From the NCBI GenBank assembly GCA_036172245.1, contig JAYWIR010000043.1:496001-560000 (forward strand): 64,000 bases of DNA. Direction: 5' to 3'. The position numbers were made by a program, and so were the translations under genes. The notes under the pieces were generated by a model. That model was not told the DNA's origin and ran no database searches. It saw only the letters and a program-made list of their open reading frames with translations. Positions 36,600-49,150 of this stretch are shown here, one piece after another. The stretch comes from Raillietiella orientalis. Its lineage: Eukaryota. Positions within the stretch are counted from its first letter, which is position 1; every line of letters begins with the position of its first letter.

Positions 36600-37830
36600 T
36601 TTCGTCCATGGTGTTCTGCCTAGTCGACGTGGATTTATTTTTCGACGAAGGGGAGCGACTTATTGGCAACGACTGGTTCAGCAGTGCGCCTTCGATCACT
36701 ATTAGTAAAAAACAAAAATATCCGTGTCGTGAAGATACATTCTTCCAGGGGTTCGATGACCAAAAGAGAGAGCAGGGGAAGGCAGAATTGTGGAATCACT
36801 CTGCATGTTTTGCTTCGGGACTGGAGGAATCCCTTCCATCAAGGAAGACGAGTGTCTCCAGGCAAACTGCAGCTCACGACTTTGCAGCGAACTCCATGAG
36901 CATCGTCAGCAAGAGAACACAAATATTCCGAGCGCCAACGGGAGGAGGACTGCTTTTTTATCCACGGATCACCCTGAACATCTCAGAAAACACCAGAGGG
37001 GTTTGCCAAGAAAAGCTCCAAGGAAGGCCTCTTTAGTCGAAGAGATTCCAAGCGTTGACCCAAACCTTTGCTCTCGACTCGTAGACAGGAGGAAGATTTG
37101 AGAGGGGTGCAGATCACGTTCGATGGCTCGAAGAGACATCGTGAGGTGCGCTGCCCTTGGCTTGCTCCGTGTTCGCAACCAAGAAATGCAGTGGCTGCCG
37201 CCTCCCTGCTATGTCGGGAGCTTTTCACAAACCTCCTAAGCAGTGAGTGGCTTCAGGGTAGCACAGTCGACGAAGCGGCTTCTTTCCTCCATGCACTGGA
37301 TAGTAAGCAATTGTCCAGTGGTCATTTATCAGAGCTCGCCCGCAAGGGTGCTTTAGTGCCACGCAGTGTGAGGAAGACGCAAACGATACTCGAAACAGAC
37401 CATTTTCGAACGGAACACCCTGGAGTGCACGAACGAACATGGGATAGGTGCCTTGCATGAATGCCTCTTTTGACCCTAGCCCTAGTGCACATCGGAGACC
37501 CTGTCATGATATTCGCACCAGTGGGTGGGGAAAAAGAGTGCATTTTCTGATCTGGTACCACCACAGGAAGGATCACGTACCACTATGATTTGGAAGCTGC
37601 TTTGGGGCTCCCTTCAGGACTTCAGCTCAATACGCCTTCCCCAAAACTTCTCGGGAAGATGAAGTGGATGCAAGCGCTGGTGATCTAACGGAACCAGAGA
37701 CAGCTAGCCCCATAACACCTCTGGGGTGCCCATCGGAACACGATCCGTACCAGTAACCACACACCACTGACAAGTTACATCGATGCCTTTGGAGGGTCCA
37801 TTTGGTTAGGACTTGCAAGGACTGATGATG
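36600..37830 (+). mobile_element. Decayed Ty3/gypsy pol relic (RNase H to integrase)
   Basis: In order across frames: SACFAS, GRRTAFLSTDH, RNAVAAASL, LVPRSVRK..ILETDH...HPGV, DKLHR..EGPF. These resemble PIAFAS, F...TDH, NVVADALS, the integrase HH motif and the GPY/F module. Confidence 0.45.
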
Positions 37831-39849
37831 CTGGCGCGAAGGACTTTACTCAAATGAGTGAATAAAGGCAGTGACATCGCCAACTTCAAGGCGTAATCAA
37901 GTCTTTTGTACACCGAGGTATTTCTTATCCCCATATGCAACAGCTTTGCCCCGCCTTTTTCCCCCTCACCCTGCCGAGGATTTCCTGCATTTTGCGATCA
38001 CTGCTGCCATTTGGGAATTATGCCATGTGCTAGTCTTCATCGTCACACACTTTTCAGCATTCCACAATGCTTTCAGGGAGATCTCTGCCCAACCAGTCGT
38101 CAGGGAATGGGTGCTGCCTTGAAAATCGACCTGCCGGGTGTGCATGCAGATTCGGGGGGAAAAGAGGAGAGTGAACTTCTGAGGGGGACTCGGAGCGACA
38201 TTGAAAACATTTACCCATGATTATGTTTTGAAGCTGATGCTATAGAGCATATCACTAATGGTCAAGGTATTCTCCATCATCTTGGCCGTCGTTCCTCTCT
38301 ATCTCATCCTCCACTCTATGAATAAGACAAGGAAAACACTCTTTGTCAATAGGGGAGTCCTTTTTTCCGCCATCACCTCTTCTGCTTCTCAACACTTGGG
38401 CACGAGGGCTCTGTTGTTGGAATAACAGAGTACCCCTCATCCTGAGTGTTCCTTCTACCAGGAAAGCTTGATCCTTCAGTTTTTTCGCTTCCTTCCTCCC
38501 GAATGAACAAAAATGGCCGCCATCTTCTTGGTTTTAAAGTCAATTCTGTCATGTCATTACCGTTTCGATGGAAGCATCTTTCGGTACACAGTCTTCCAGG
38601 TCATGTGCCCGTACTCAAGATCGAGGGATCCCAGCAGCTGTACTATCTCTGTTTCTTGCAAGTTCTTGCAAGTGATCACAGCTTCCAGTTTTTTTTTCTT
38701 TCTTACAAACAGCGTTATGAAGACCCTTGGAACCACGGCTTGCACTCTCCTGGGATGAGAAACTCCGAAGTCTACAGATATCCACTTTAGCTGGGGGTTG
38801 AAAGTTCTTCTGTGGCTTCTAAGTATTCAACGTTCACAAGTGAGAAAGTTCATCGAAGACGCACTGCATATCAGTGAGCGATTTCGCCAGTAAGCATCTC
38901 GGATGGATGCGATAAACACAAGGTGTTAGTGTGCACAGTATAAAGTAATCTTATAAAAGTTGCGCAACCTTGTGAATGTTTTTTGCGGAGGCGTGCACGA
39001 AATGATGTCGCAATACGCCAAGAAAGCTTCCTTGGGACAGGGACGATTCAGGTTACGTAGAGCCCTCAGGCAAGAAAATACCTTGAGAACACCTCCCTCA
39101 TGTGGGAGGGAGGGATGAATCATGATGCGAATTCTCTTCTTTGTGAATTTTCCCTTAATTTAAGGTTCTGAAAGAGCGAAAGAACGACAGTGACCTTCCT
39201 TTAACCACACCAGAAACCGACACCAGAATCCACATCCCAGCTTCCGGTTTCAGCTTAACTTCCCCAACTTTTTTATCCCAAGATCCCACGATTTTTTCTC
39301 TGCTGAGACTGTGGGCTGCTTCATATTCGAAAGGGTTCAGCAATTTTTCCCCAACTATCACATAGTCTAAGATCACTTTTCGATACCTTCAGTTCCCCTC
39401 TGTGCATATCCTGCAGTTCCGGCGAAATCGAGAACAGTGAAATTTGACGTTCTTCTACAAGGAAAAAACAGGTTCACTGCGGTCATTGATAATACCGAAT
39501 AGTGGATCCCGGAATTCAGGAACACTTGCGGAAGGAGGTATCGTGTTACTTTCGAAGATTCATAAGCCATTGACATCTGTCGGGAGCAGTGGTTCGGTCA
39601 ACGGTTGTGAAAACAATACTATCGAATAATTGGAGTGATCCTGGAGAGGAACGAGCTGCTCATTTTGGTGCACTTTCTGATTTCGATCCCTCCTATCCGA
39701 AGTTTCTTTACCCCTCCTTTTCTTTCAGATTCTTTTGCCTGACACCAAAACACCTACCCACCTCGGAGACGTGACCAAGTTTCCCAACGCTTGCATCATA
39801 TCTTCGTAGGATTTCCTGAATCATCTCCCAGGCCGGAAAGAGGAAGATG

Positions 39850-40560
39850 AGGAGTCTCTAGAGGTATGGGAGGCATGCAGCCGGGTCGTGGGAGTCTCAG
39901 GTTCCATAGCTCGATGGAGAACAGTGCATCTCGCGAGCAAAACCTCGCAAAAGGGTGTTGCCTCAGAGTCTCTGAAAAGCTCTTAGAGAGTTCCCAAAGA
40001 ACTCTTACACTTGGATGCTCCCATTCTTCTGCTTTCCCAGCACATCGTCTTTTCTCTGGCGAACTGAAACTTCGATGAAAAACCTTTCCCATGATGAAAA
40101 ACGTTTTGTTACCTCCAGAGAAAGAAAGAATCCCCAAGGAATGTCTAATGTGGAACTCCTCAAACGAGGAAGGCTGCCGCGTGGATGGAACATCTCGCAA
40201 GCATTCTGGCGGATGACGCTCTCCAGGACTCCACGCGGAAGACGCCCACCTTTTCGTCGATATTGGTTGATAGTCTTTCGCCCCATGCGGGTAACAGTGG
40301 AGGCATAGACAGACGCGGAAGATTGCTGCCCACTTGGGGACGCTTCGCGATTCTCATCGCTCTCATGAAAAGGAGCTGGAGTGGTCTCGGTCGACAAACG
40401 AACACTGAAAAGTGCCTCAGAGCAATAGTCGATAGAATCGAAAACAAGTAAGTCCACTTTTCCTTCTGCTCTCCCACAAAGAGGGCCTGGTCCGCCTTCA
40501 TCCTCTCTATTTATTTGCTCGTACATTCCATCCACCACTACCCTGCCAGTATCGCTCGCT
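39850..40560 (-). mobile_element. Decayed RTE-like LINE reverse transcriptase relic
   Basis: DQALFVGEQKEK, IDYCSEALFSV, VYAST, GERLSTNIDEKVGV resemble DQIF..RQ..EK, IDY.KAFDSV, LY, GE.LS..F....GVRQG. Confidence 0.4.
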
Positions 40561-42049
40561 GTCTACTGGCGATCCGACTCCCACGGATCGAGTCCGACAC
40601 ATTCCTCTTTTCCTTCTGAATCTCTGCCCGATGAGAACTCGTGCCTCGGGACACCTAAAACGAGAAAAATTGCTCACTGTTTCGAAGCATCAGAGCTCGG
40701 ATAAAAGGAACGAACCTGGGCGTATGCTCAGCAGTTTCCGGCGAGCTTCCGACTGCTGCTTTCAGATGGTGTTGCATCATTGCGATGCACATCATGAACG
40801 CGTACGTAGGATCGTCTCCTGAAGACTGAGTGGAACAGCCGCCTCGCCTAGCTAATAGGGAATGACATGGACCAATAGGACGTAGAATACACTACATAAA
40901 ATGCATTCCTCTTTCTATCGAGCGCACTGTTACTTTTACATCCGCCGTGCCTACGACTGGCTGATGAGCAGCGTTGTAACGTTGCCAACCAAACTCTTGG
41001 GTTGTTGGGGCCTCCAGTTTGGAGTCCACCCCGATCCTGGTTAGGCGGCACTTCCGTTATGGGGACAAATGCTTACCTGCTAAAAGGCACGAGCAGAGAT
41101 CATTTGGAAAAACGCGCTTCCGAAATAGCTTAGGAAGCAGCAGTTTCGACAGATGCAAATGCATGCAGTTTTGTACGTGTCATTGTGTCGGAACTTGTGC
41201 TGAAGATGATGGTTGATGACCACAGTTTGCATAGACGTTTCCCAGGCCCAGTTTCAGTTTGATTTCTGAGCCATCGGGGACACGAAAGAAGTAGATGATC
41301 CAGGCAGATTTAAAAGCGGAAATGAGGACTTTAGGAAGGATGAAGGAATTTAAGGGAAGATGGGGCAGAAAAGCAGGAACGGGGGATCTTGTGAGTCGGC
41401 AAGGCAAAAGGCAAAGTAGTACGATGTGTTGTTCCTTGCAATAAACACGTGTTTTTCGAATCACCAAAAACGGTGTTCACATTTCCTTATCTACGGAAAC
41501 CTTAAACACGAAATGCTTAAACTGTCGGATGCACGTATTCGTAGTTTTCTTAAGTTTCTTCTGGATTAAAAATTACTGCACTTTAACGCGTTTTCCGGTT
41601 GGGGTCTCCTCTAAGAAATCAGGAACTGATCCAGGGGGAACCTAAAAAACAAGAAATCAACCAAGAGGAAACCTTTTTTGTAACCAAGGAAGATTTGTTG
41701 GTTGATGTGTTTCACATATGTCAGAAGTTTATTCACGAAGTCTGGAATTTTTGAAGAAGACACTCCGATATGCGGAGAATGGAATTTGGTTGATTTGCCG
41801 TTAGTTCTCACGACGTGGTATATTGTAAAAAGGCTGATTTGGCCGTTGATTTTCAAATGGCGACCACTGCGATATTTCGCTGATTTCTAAATGTTCGAGT
41901 TGAAACTCGTCGTTCTTTACTTCGATGAACATCCGGCGGAAGTGATGGCAAAAACTGCTTTGAAAAAAAGGAAAAAAGGGATCGCCCCACATCCTTGCTC
42001 CAGGATGAGAAACGCCTGTGGAAGACGGGCAGGGAACAGTCGCCTGGTC

Positions 42050-43000
42050 ACCCAAACCGGCGTGCAGAGGCAGAAGAGATGAAAATTTCGTCCATGATGC
42101 CTCGAGGGCCAATGCGTGCACAGTGTACAGAGGTGCAGAGGAACTGTGAACTGTTTGGTGACAGCGCCGGCAGCGGACCATTCGACGTGCTCGCGTCATG
42201 AATGGATATTGCTCCGAGAAAACTATTTGCTAATGGGCCTGGGAAGATAGCAGTGGCGTATTGCGTGGCTTTCGCCATCGGAAACGCTCTGGTCAGTCCA
42301 CGGAAAACCGTGCTGATCCGGGAACTTCCTGATAAATCCTTCATTCTCGACGATTCCGTGCACTCCGTGAATTGAAATCAGCGGTCGGTTCTCAACATGA
42401 GTTTCCGTTTCCTTCTTGGACAGGAATGCTTCAAGAAGATAAGCCCACAGGTTCGACGACGCTTTTGCAGCTGGCGCTGGAAGAAAAGGAGGGAAAGGCG
42501 TCCTCGCGGATCTGCCAGCGAGAAGTGGTCGTTTCTGACAAAAGGAATATTCCTCGAACTGATGATCTGGTGAGAACGGAGATGCTTCGCCAAGGGAGTT
42601 CTCTGTCTCTGGCAGTTGCTGTTCTCGCTGCACCTCGATTCTCAGGCAGGGAGTTCCGCACGGATCGGATGGCGTAGCTTTGCAGACTTTGCTGGTGTGC
42701 AGAAGGAAGCCCAGGGCAAAACGAAGGCTGAGGCTATTTCAGCTAACGTCTCGTTGGTGATCCCCGGCTTAGTAAGAAGAGAAAGCGAACGCGAAAGACA
42801 AACGCTGCTGCTGTCGGAGACCGACGAGGAGTTTCGAACTTTCCAAAGGTGCAGACGGAAATTCCATGCTGGAAATCGAAGGATGTTCGGTTCGCTTCGT
42901 TTTCCGTTTCAAGAGAAACGGATACATGGTAACCCTGATGTAACCAGGAAACGGCTGACACCGGAATTCTGAAATGCAATTCGCAGACTTCCGCATATCT
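42050..43000 (+). mobile_element. Decayed RTE-like LINE reverse transcriptase relic
   Basis: LVRTEMLRQGSSLSLAVAVL (GLRQG..LSPLLF-like), followed by SFADF, ANVSLVI and TDEEF in expected RT order. Confidence 0.4.
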
Positions 43001-46000
43001 CGTTCTTCTCCACTTCGAGTGCGATCCAGTTCAGCATGACGAACTTGTCAAGATAAAAAGAACCTTTTTGTTGATGAAGATCCATATGCGATCCGCGCAT
43101 GCGTGCCTTTGTTAGGAAAGTCAAAGGCCTGCAGAAACGCTGCGCAGGTCACTGGTGGTAAATATCGATGCGTAGTCCGCACTCTCTCAGCCGGCAGAGA
43201 AAATTTTCCTAATTTGCATGTCGGAAAGAAAAAAAGACGCCACCCTTTTTTTCTGCATTAACGTGATCGCGTGAGTGATGGAGAGAAGCTTATGCGCTCC
43301 CAGACTACCGGATCACGCCTCTTGGGATCTTGGGGCTTTCCCGATGTTGTCCCTGGCACGAGACGAACCATCGCAGGACCTCGGAAGAATGAGACTACGA
43401 TGGCAGAGCCGACAAAACAAAGTGCTCTGAGAGCTGTCTTACATGTACTTCTCCCTCTCTCTCTCTTTTTTTTTTTTTTTTTTTTACCCTGTGCTTTAAA
43501 TGAATGCCGTCGGGTGTGTCGTTGCAAAAGAACACGCAGATCTCGCACGTGACCATATTAAGTATCCTGTTGTTGAATTCGTTGCAGATCATGAACTACT
43601 TCCATCGTCCTCACGATCTGGAGCCAACTTATGAGGAGCCCGTCGGAATCAGTTCCGTCCCTTCCGAAACGCTCTTTTCCAGAAGCGGAGCAAAGTGATC
43701 GACAGATTATGGGCTTACTTATTCTCCTTTCTTTCCCTCAAATGGGAAAGACTTTTGGGTGATCTCGATGGCACGCACTCTCGCGATCACAGTTCCCGGA
43801 GAATGCCTCCCCAGAGTTAATGAGATACACCACCCGAATGCTGGTTGACTTTCGTCCTGAAATTTGGCTGGGGTTGATGGATGCCTCCTTCTGGGTAACT
43901 TCATAAGAGCCGCATCGGAATTTCTCAGCTGGAAACTGCTTTAGACGCAAGGCAAATTTATATTTGAGAGAAAGTATCCAAACGTTTACATCATAAGTGT
44001 ACGAGAAGAATCTCCTGTTAATTACGATTACACCTCATTGGGTTGTCGTCTACCCATTCCATTCTTCATTGGAACTCTCATCTTCGGAGTGCTCTTCACA
44101 AACCTCTTAATTACGAGTGAAGATCGACAAGTGGTCTTCGAGTGCGCCAGCTGTTGGGAGCACATGAGAAATAGGTGCAGCAGCTTCGCATCATGAAACT
44201 CGGAGTGCCTCTCCCCATAAAATCAAAAGATTTACCCCTATCTCAAAATGCATGTTTCGCTTTTTCGTGGTTCTATTGCATTGCAACGCAACAGATTTCA
44301 GCCGATGCCTGCCACGCCCGTGAACGGCAAATGGACTTGCCTTCTCGGATTGCAAGATGGCACTTTCGGGAAAAAACAGACGATGGAATTGAGTCAAAGT
44401 GCAATGCGATTGCGGGTGAGACTTTGCCGTTTCCCCGGAACACATCCGGCGAAATAAGTGCAGCCACAGTCTGACACGAGGTCATCTCGCGCGACTGCTG
44501 CGCACACTGGAGTCAGAAGCCTGGGTGTAGTACGCCAAGCTTTTCACCTGACCTCTCGCGAGAACCATCCAAAACCTTTTTCTTTGAAACGCTGGACGCC
44601 TTCCATTGAAGTGATTTTTTCCCCTTTTTCCATTGATTTCCGTGATTTGTATCTTCAGCATTCATTTTTCTCACTTACGCTCCTGGAAGCAACCGAGCAG
44701 CGGAGGGTAACGTCTCCATAAAGCAGCCCTTGCCAGGGATACTCCATTTTTCCTGCTTTTCAAGACAGTATCTATGGGAAACAAATGACCTTGGGTGACA
44801 AAGTTGGAAACTCGAATTTCGCACTCAGCGAATCCGCAAGCGCTTCTTGTAACCAAGCATCCTTTCAAACTCGCGGCATTCCTCTCCACTGTTTGCAATG
44901 GGATGTCAGGAAAATGCATCTGGACCAGCTTCGCATCGCTTCCATCCAACGTGAAAGCGTTTCTGCGAGAAGCAGGCGTGGGGACCTCGAGCGCTGTTCG
45001 AAGCTTCTTATCTGTCGAGCTGAATTTCGCGAGCGACCCTAAGAGGAAGAAACAGTCCTGTTCCGGATTTTACGTGTTCGGCATCTCAGAGTATTTTGCA
45101 GTGTTTCCAAATAAAGAGCGTTTGCTTTGCACGTTTTTCGATGAGACTCGTCTCATCGCTTTTTCTCCAGAATCTCCCGAGGCAAAGAAAGTTCTCGCTC
45201 AGTCTTTCAGGAACTTCCCGTCCTCGCTTTGGTGCTTCTGCAAAGCGCGCGGTTCCGTACTCTCATCACGGGACCGGAAACCAAGAGGTGGGAGAATGAG
45301 AGGATCGACTGGTTGCTAAGAGCATGCACGACGACGATTTCACGATCGAAAAGAATGCATGCTGCAAACGGCTCTGGGATTCTTTTCCTTGATTATGCTG
45401 GACCACGATGGACCGAGTTGGGATTCTGGGCCTGCTTTTGAACGCATATGCCTTTTTTTTTTTTTTTTTTTTTTCTACCCGGCTGCCAGCACTTGGAATC
45501 AGAGACCAGCCTCACGACAAGATGCTGTTACCGCTGTTGCAAATAGCCAGGCAGCGATCGCGACAAACGACGCGCTTTTCTTTCCATCAGTTGCGACGCA
45601 CACTTCCGATAGTGATAGCGAAGTGACCTGAACCACGTTTCAGCCAGAGTCTGCGTGTTCCTTTCCAGTTTCCAAATATCCTCCTTCTCCTGAACTGTGT
45701 CCTCATTCTGTAGCAAACTGTAATGAAATAATGACAACGGGACACGGACACGCTCAAAAGGACAAACAGCAAGGACCGAGCCTTCAGGAACGCGAAAGCC
45801 TGGAAACGTTTCCGGTGGTCCATTTGGCCGAAGATTTCCATCAAGATTTTCCTTGGCATTCAGCAGTGTTCATTTCAGAAGAAGTAATGCAGACACATGC
45901 CTTGGGAAACGTTGTCCGGGGTCATTCTTCCACGATTTCGCTGGCTCTTCCTTACACAATGTTTTGATGAATATGTCACGAGTGGTTTCATGCTGGAGAC

Positions 46001-46999
46001 TGAATCAGAATTATCTGACAGTCTCATGCAGCGGATGACTACTAAACACGATGACCATTCTGAACAGATCATTATACTTGACTTATGTACACTCTTGCCA
46101 TGGAAAGTACGATGCGGTCTCCATATTTTTCATCTTCTAATTCCAAAAAAGTCCACCTTTGTCATTACTGATATCACCTGACCATTTCATCTACAGCTGA
46201 TAGAGGTCATTATACAGGCGGAACTTTATGAAAATTTTATAAGTTGATATGCAAAAATCACTTCGATGGATGAAGGAAAAGTGGTGATGGCTCTTGGTGA
46301 TGCCAGCAACTGTACTATACCGTAGTTTGATGATGAAGCTCAGTATAAGGCAAAGAAGACCATTTAAGCAAAGATTTCTTTCGAAATGCAGCATGGAGAA
46401 GAGGAAATGTCAACGACAGCTTCCTGGATCCGGTTGAGGAAATGAGCATCACCTGCATGGATCCTGGGCGAAACGCTTCCTATTCAGCGCAAGGAATCGA
46501 TCCACAGTATCTTTTTCATCATCCACAGCATCCACATCATTCTTTTTCGCGAAATGGTACACAGACATATCTCTTCCTAAGAGTGACTTATCTTGATCTT
46601 TCATCTGCTTCAGGGATGAACTCGGTGGTGCGACGTTTTCAGTTCCGCATTAACCCCTCCCCCCCTCCTGGAATTGGCTTTCTGGAGGATTTGGCTGAAA
46701 GGCAATTCTCGTTACCGTGATGCTCATGGAATAAAGAAGAAATCTTAGAGGGACCACTGGTCATTTATCAGTTGGAACAGCGAATCAAGGTCCATTTTTC
46801 CCAAGGTGAATTCCAGAGAGTCCGACTCCCTTTCCTCGAGGTTGCTTCGTCACTTTCCGGTGTATGCCTTTTAGGGAATTCCTCACAAACTCCAGGCAGG
46901 AAGCGGAAATTTGGGTTTTTTCTCTTCCTGCTTCCTCCCTAAGAAAGAGACACTACGAGATGTGAGAAAGGAAAACTCCGAAAAACAGAAAAGGGGTGC

Positions 47000-49150
47000 A
47001 GGGCTTACGCGAGAGAGGGGAGGAAACGGAGGACTTCTTTTCGGTAGTTGCTCAGGGCATCCTCGAGCTCGGAGATGGGAATTCCTAGGCGAGGAACCAA
47101 GAAGCCGACAGCTTCCGAAGGACTCTCCAGGAAGCGACTCGAGAGCGAGCTTGGATGCTGGGTCGAGAGAGGCTTGTGTGAGGGCCGCTGCTGCCGGGGT
47201 GCCAGGAGGAAAACGCCTGTCGAGAAATGGGTGCAGCGTCCCTGCCCGTCGGAGGGCAAGAGAAAACGCTTGAACCCAGGAATCACGCTGATTTCGCTTG
47301 TGGCTATTTTGACCAGTTTCCGTTTGCGGGAAACGCCCACCTGCCACGTTTGGATCCTCGAGATTCGTTCCTGCTTTTGGCAAGACGCGATCGCCATTTT
47401 CGGAACGAGGCAAATGGGAAGCACGTAGCTGACCTCGGGGATTCGGCACGTTGCCTCTCTTCCGTGCACCCGCCAGCGGCCCGGGCGCAGAAGCCGGGCG
47501 CATGCGCGCGGGATCCGATTCTGCGGATGGAGCTCCTCGACGTAAGGAGGCCGCGCGCGAGCGACCATTTTCCGAGTCGCGCCAGTAGAATTCTTGACAG
47601 ATTGTCAGGAAGCTCACTCCTCCGACCTCTGCAAGGCAGGGACGTGGGGAAGCACGCCGTCGGCAGGAAGAAATCTCCCACACCGGGTCGAAGAAACGGA
47701 TGCAGAGGTGGCTGAAGAAGGAAGAGGAGTGCACAGAACTGCCATCGAGCAAAAAAGGACGGGACTTTCCTGATCCCCTGAAGAAGGGGAGCCGAGAACC
47801 CAGCAGGCTGGTCTCCGGACCAGGAGGAGAGATGAGCTTTGGCCCTTGACACCGGATGTCCTCCATTTTCCTTGGCCAGTCCCTCTTCCTTCTGCGAGGG
47901 TCCCTTCTATTTCGTTTATGCTTCCGACCTGCTGATCCCTCCTCCTCTGCTCTTCTCTCCTGCCGGCTCCTTTCCGAGAATTCCTCAAGAGAAAAAAGAG
48001 GAAAAAAACAAAAATCCCACCACTGAGCCGTTCCATGTGGATCTTGCGTTTCCCGGGGCGACCTTTCGCCCTCCCGTTGGATCGGAGGCTTCCTGACTCC
48101 ACATCCGGAAGGCCACCGCGAGTTCGATACGCATCTCGATGTGCAGCTGATGCTGCGCGGCCGAAGACGTGGAGGCGGCGTGTCATGGAGCTGCGTGCAC
48201 CGTGAGCGGAATCCTCCGCTTTCGTTTGGAACCAAAGCCTGGGAGTGCTGCCCAAGGCTGGAGAGCGCTCGCGGTGTTTCTCGTCGCCGGCAAAGGAGAG
48301 GAAAAGCAAAAGAACGGGAAAAGAGAGGGAAAATGGAGGGAGAGTGAAAAAAAAAAAATTCCGACGAGGTCCATGGTCTTCCTCTTGAGGACTTGCCTCC
48401 TGTCTCGACACGATGATTTTCCGTCCACAGGGAGTCCACGTGTATCCCTGGACCCTCCTATGGCTTTTCCCCTCCCATTTCCCTTTCCCCCCGGCGAGCC
48501 TCCATGAGGGTTGCTCTTGGATACACTGAGGCGTGCTCCTAAGAACGAGAGAGAGAGAAGGCGGTGCAAGCGAGGGGCAGGGAGTCGCGGATTTCGGAAG
48601 TCGCCCCTCTTCCTTTCTTTTTCTTCATTCCTCGAGAGGAGATGGTCCTCGCGCCGGCTCTGAGCATCCGACTCGCCTAGGAGAGAGATCTGCACCTGCC
48701 GACAGTCGTGTCTGGCCTTTGACCTCTGCGGCCGCGGCGCCGTCCAGACGACTGCGTCCGGAGAGGCTCCTTGGATCTGCGAGAGCTCCAATCCACGGAG
48801 ACCTCCCTCGCCCGGTCGTCACCGGAACCTCCGCTAGGATAGCCGGAGCATCGCGGCACCTCGTGAACCTCCAGGAAGCTAGAAAGCCCCATCCTCTCTC
48901 CTGAAGACCGGACCAAGGAACTTCTGCGAAATTCAGATGAAGAAGGGGAGTACTCAGCTGCTTCTCCCAGAGATACTCGCGGGGTAGGGGGGAACCTTTG
49001 CACCTGCAGGACCTCCTTGCATACTTCGGATGACGCTCGCTGAATTGAGAGGCCCGCCTAGCACCTTTTCTCACACGATCTGGAGGAGGAGGATCCTCCG
49101 TGATGGATCCGAGGAAAATGCGTGCCTGCAATATCTCTCTGCTCAGCATC
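47000..49150 (-). mobile_element. Decayed jockey/CR1-like LINE ORF2 (endonuclease and RT relic)
   Basis: Along - strand in shifting frames: EDHL (SDH-like), LVPNESGGFR, SGV/QGPKLISP, GGVSFL...FYWR, IPEVSYVLPI...RIQ. A Cys/His-rich stretch up to about 50400 may be an ORF1 remnant. Confidence 0.45.

Noticed and set aside
39600..40450. Polinton-type family B DNA polymerase relic on + (GEERAAH, ELLKRGRLP)
   Set aside because: The similarity is faint, and the minus strand fits an RTE-like RT better and in correct motif order.
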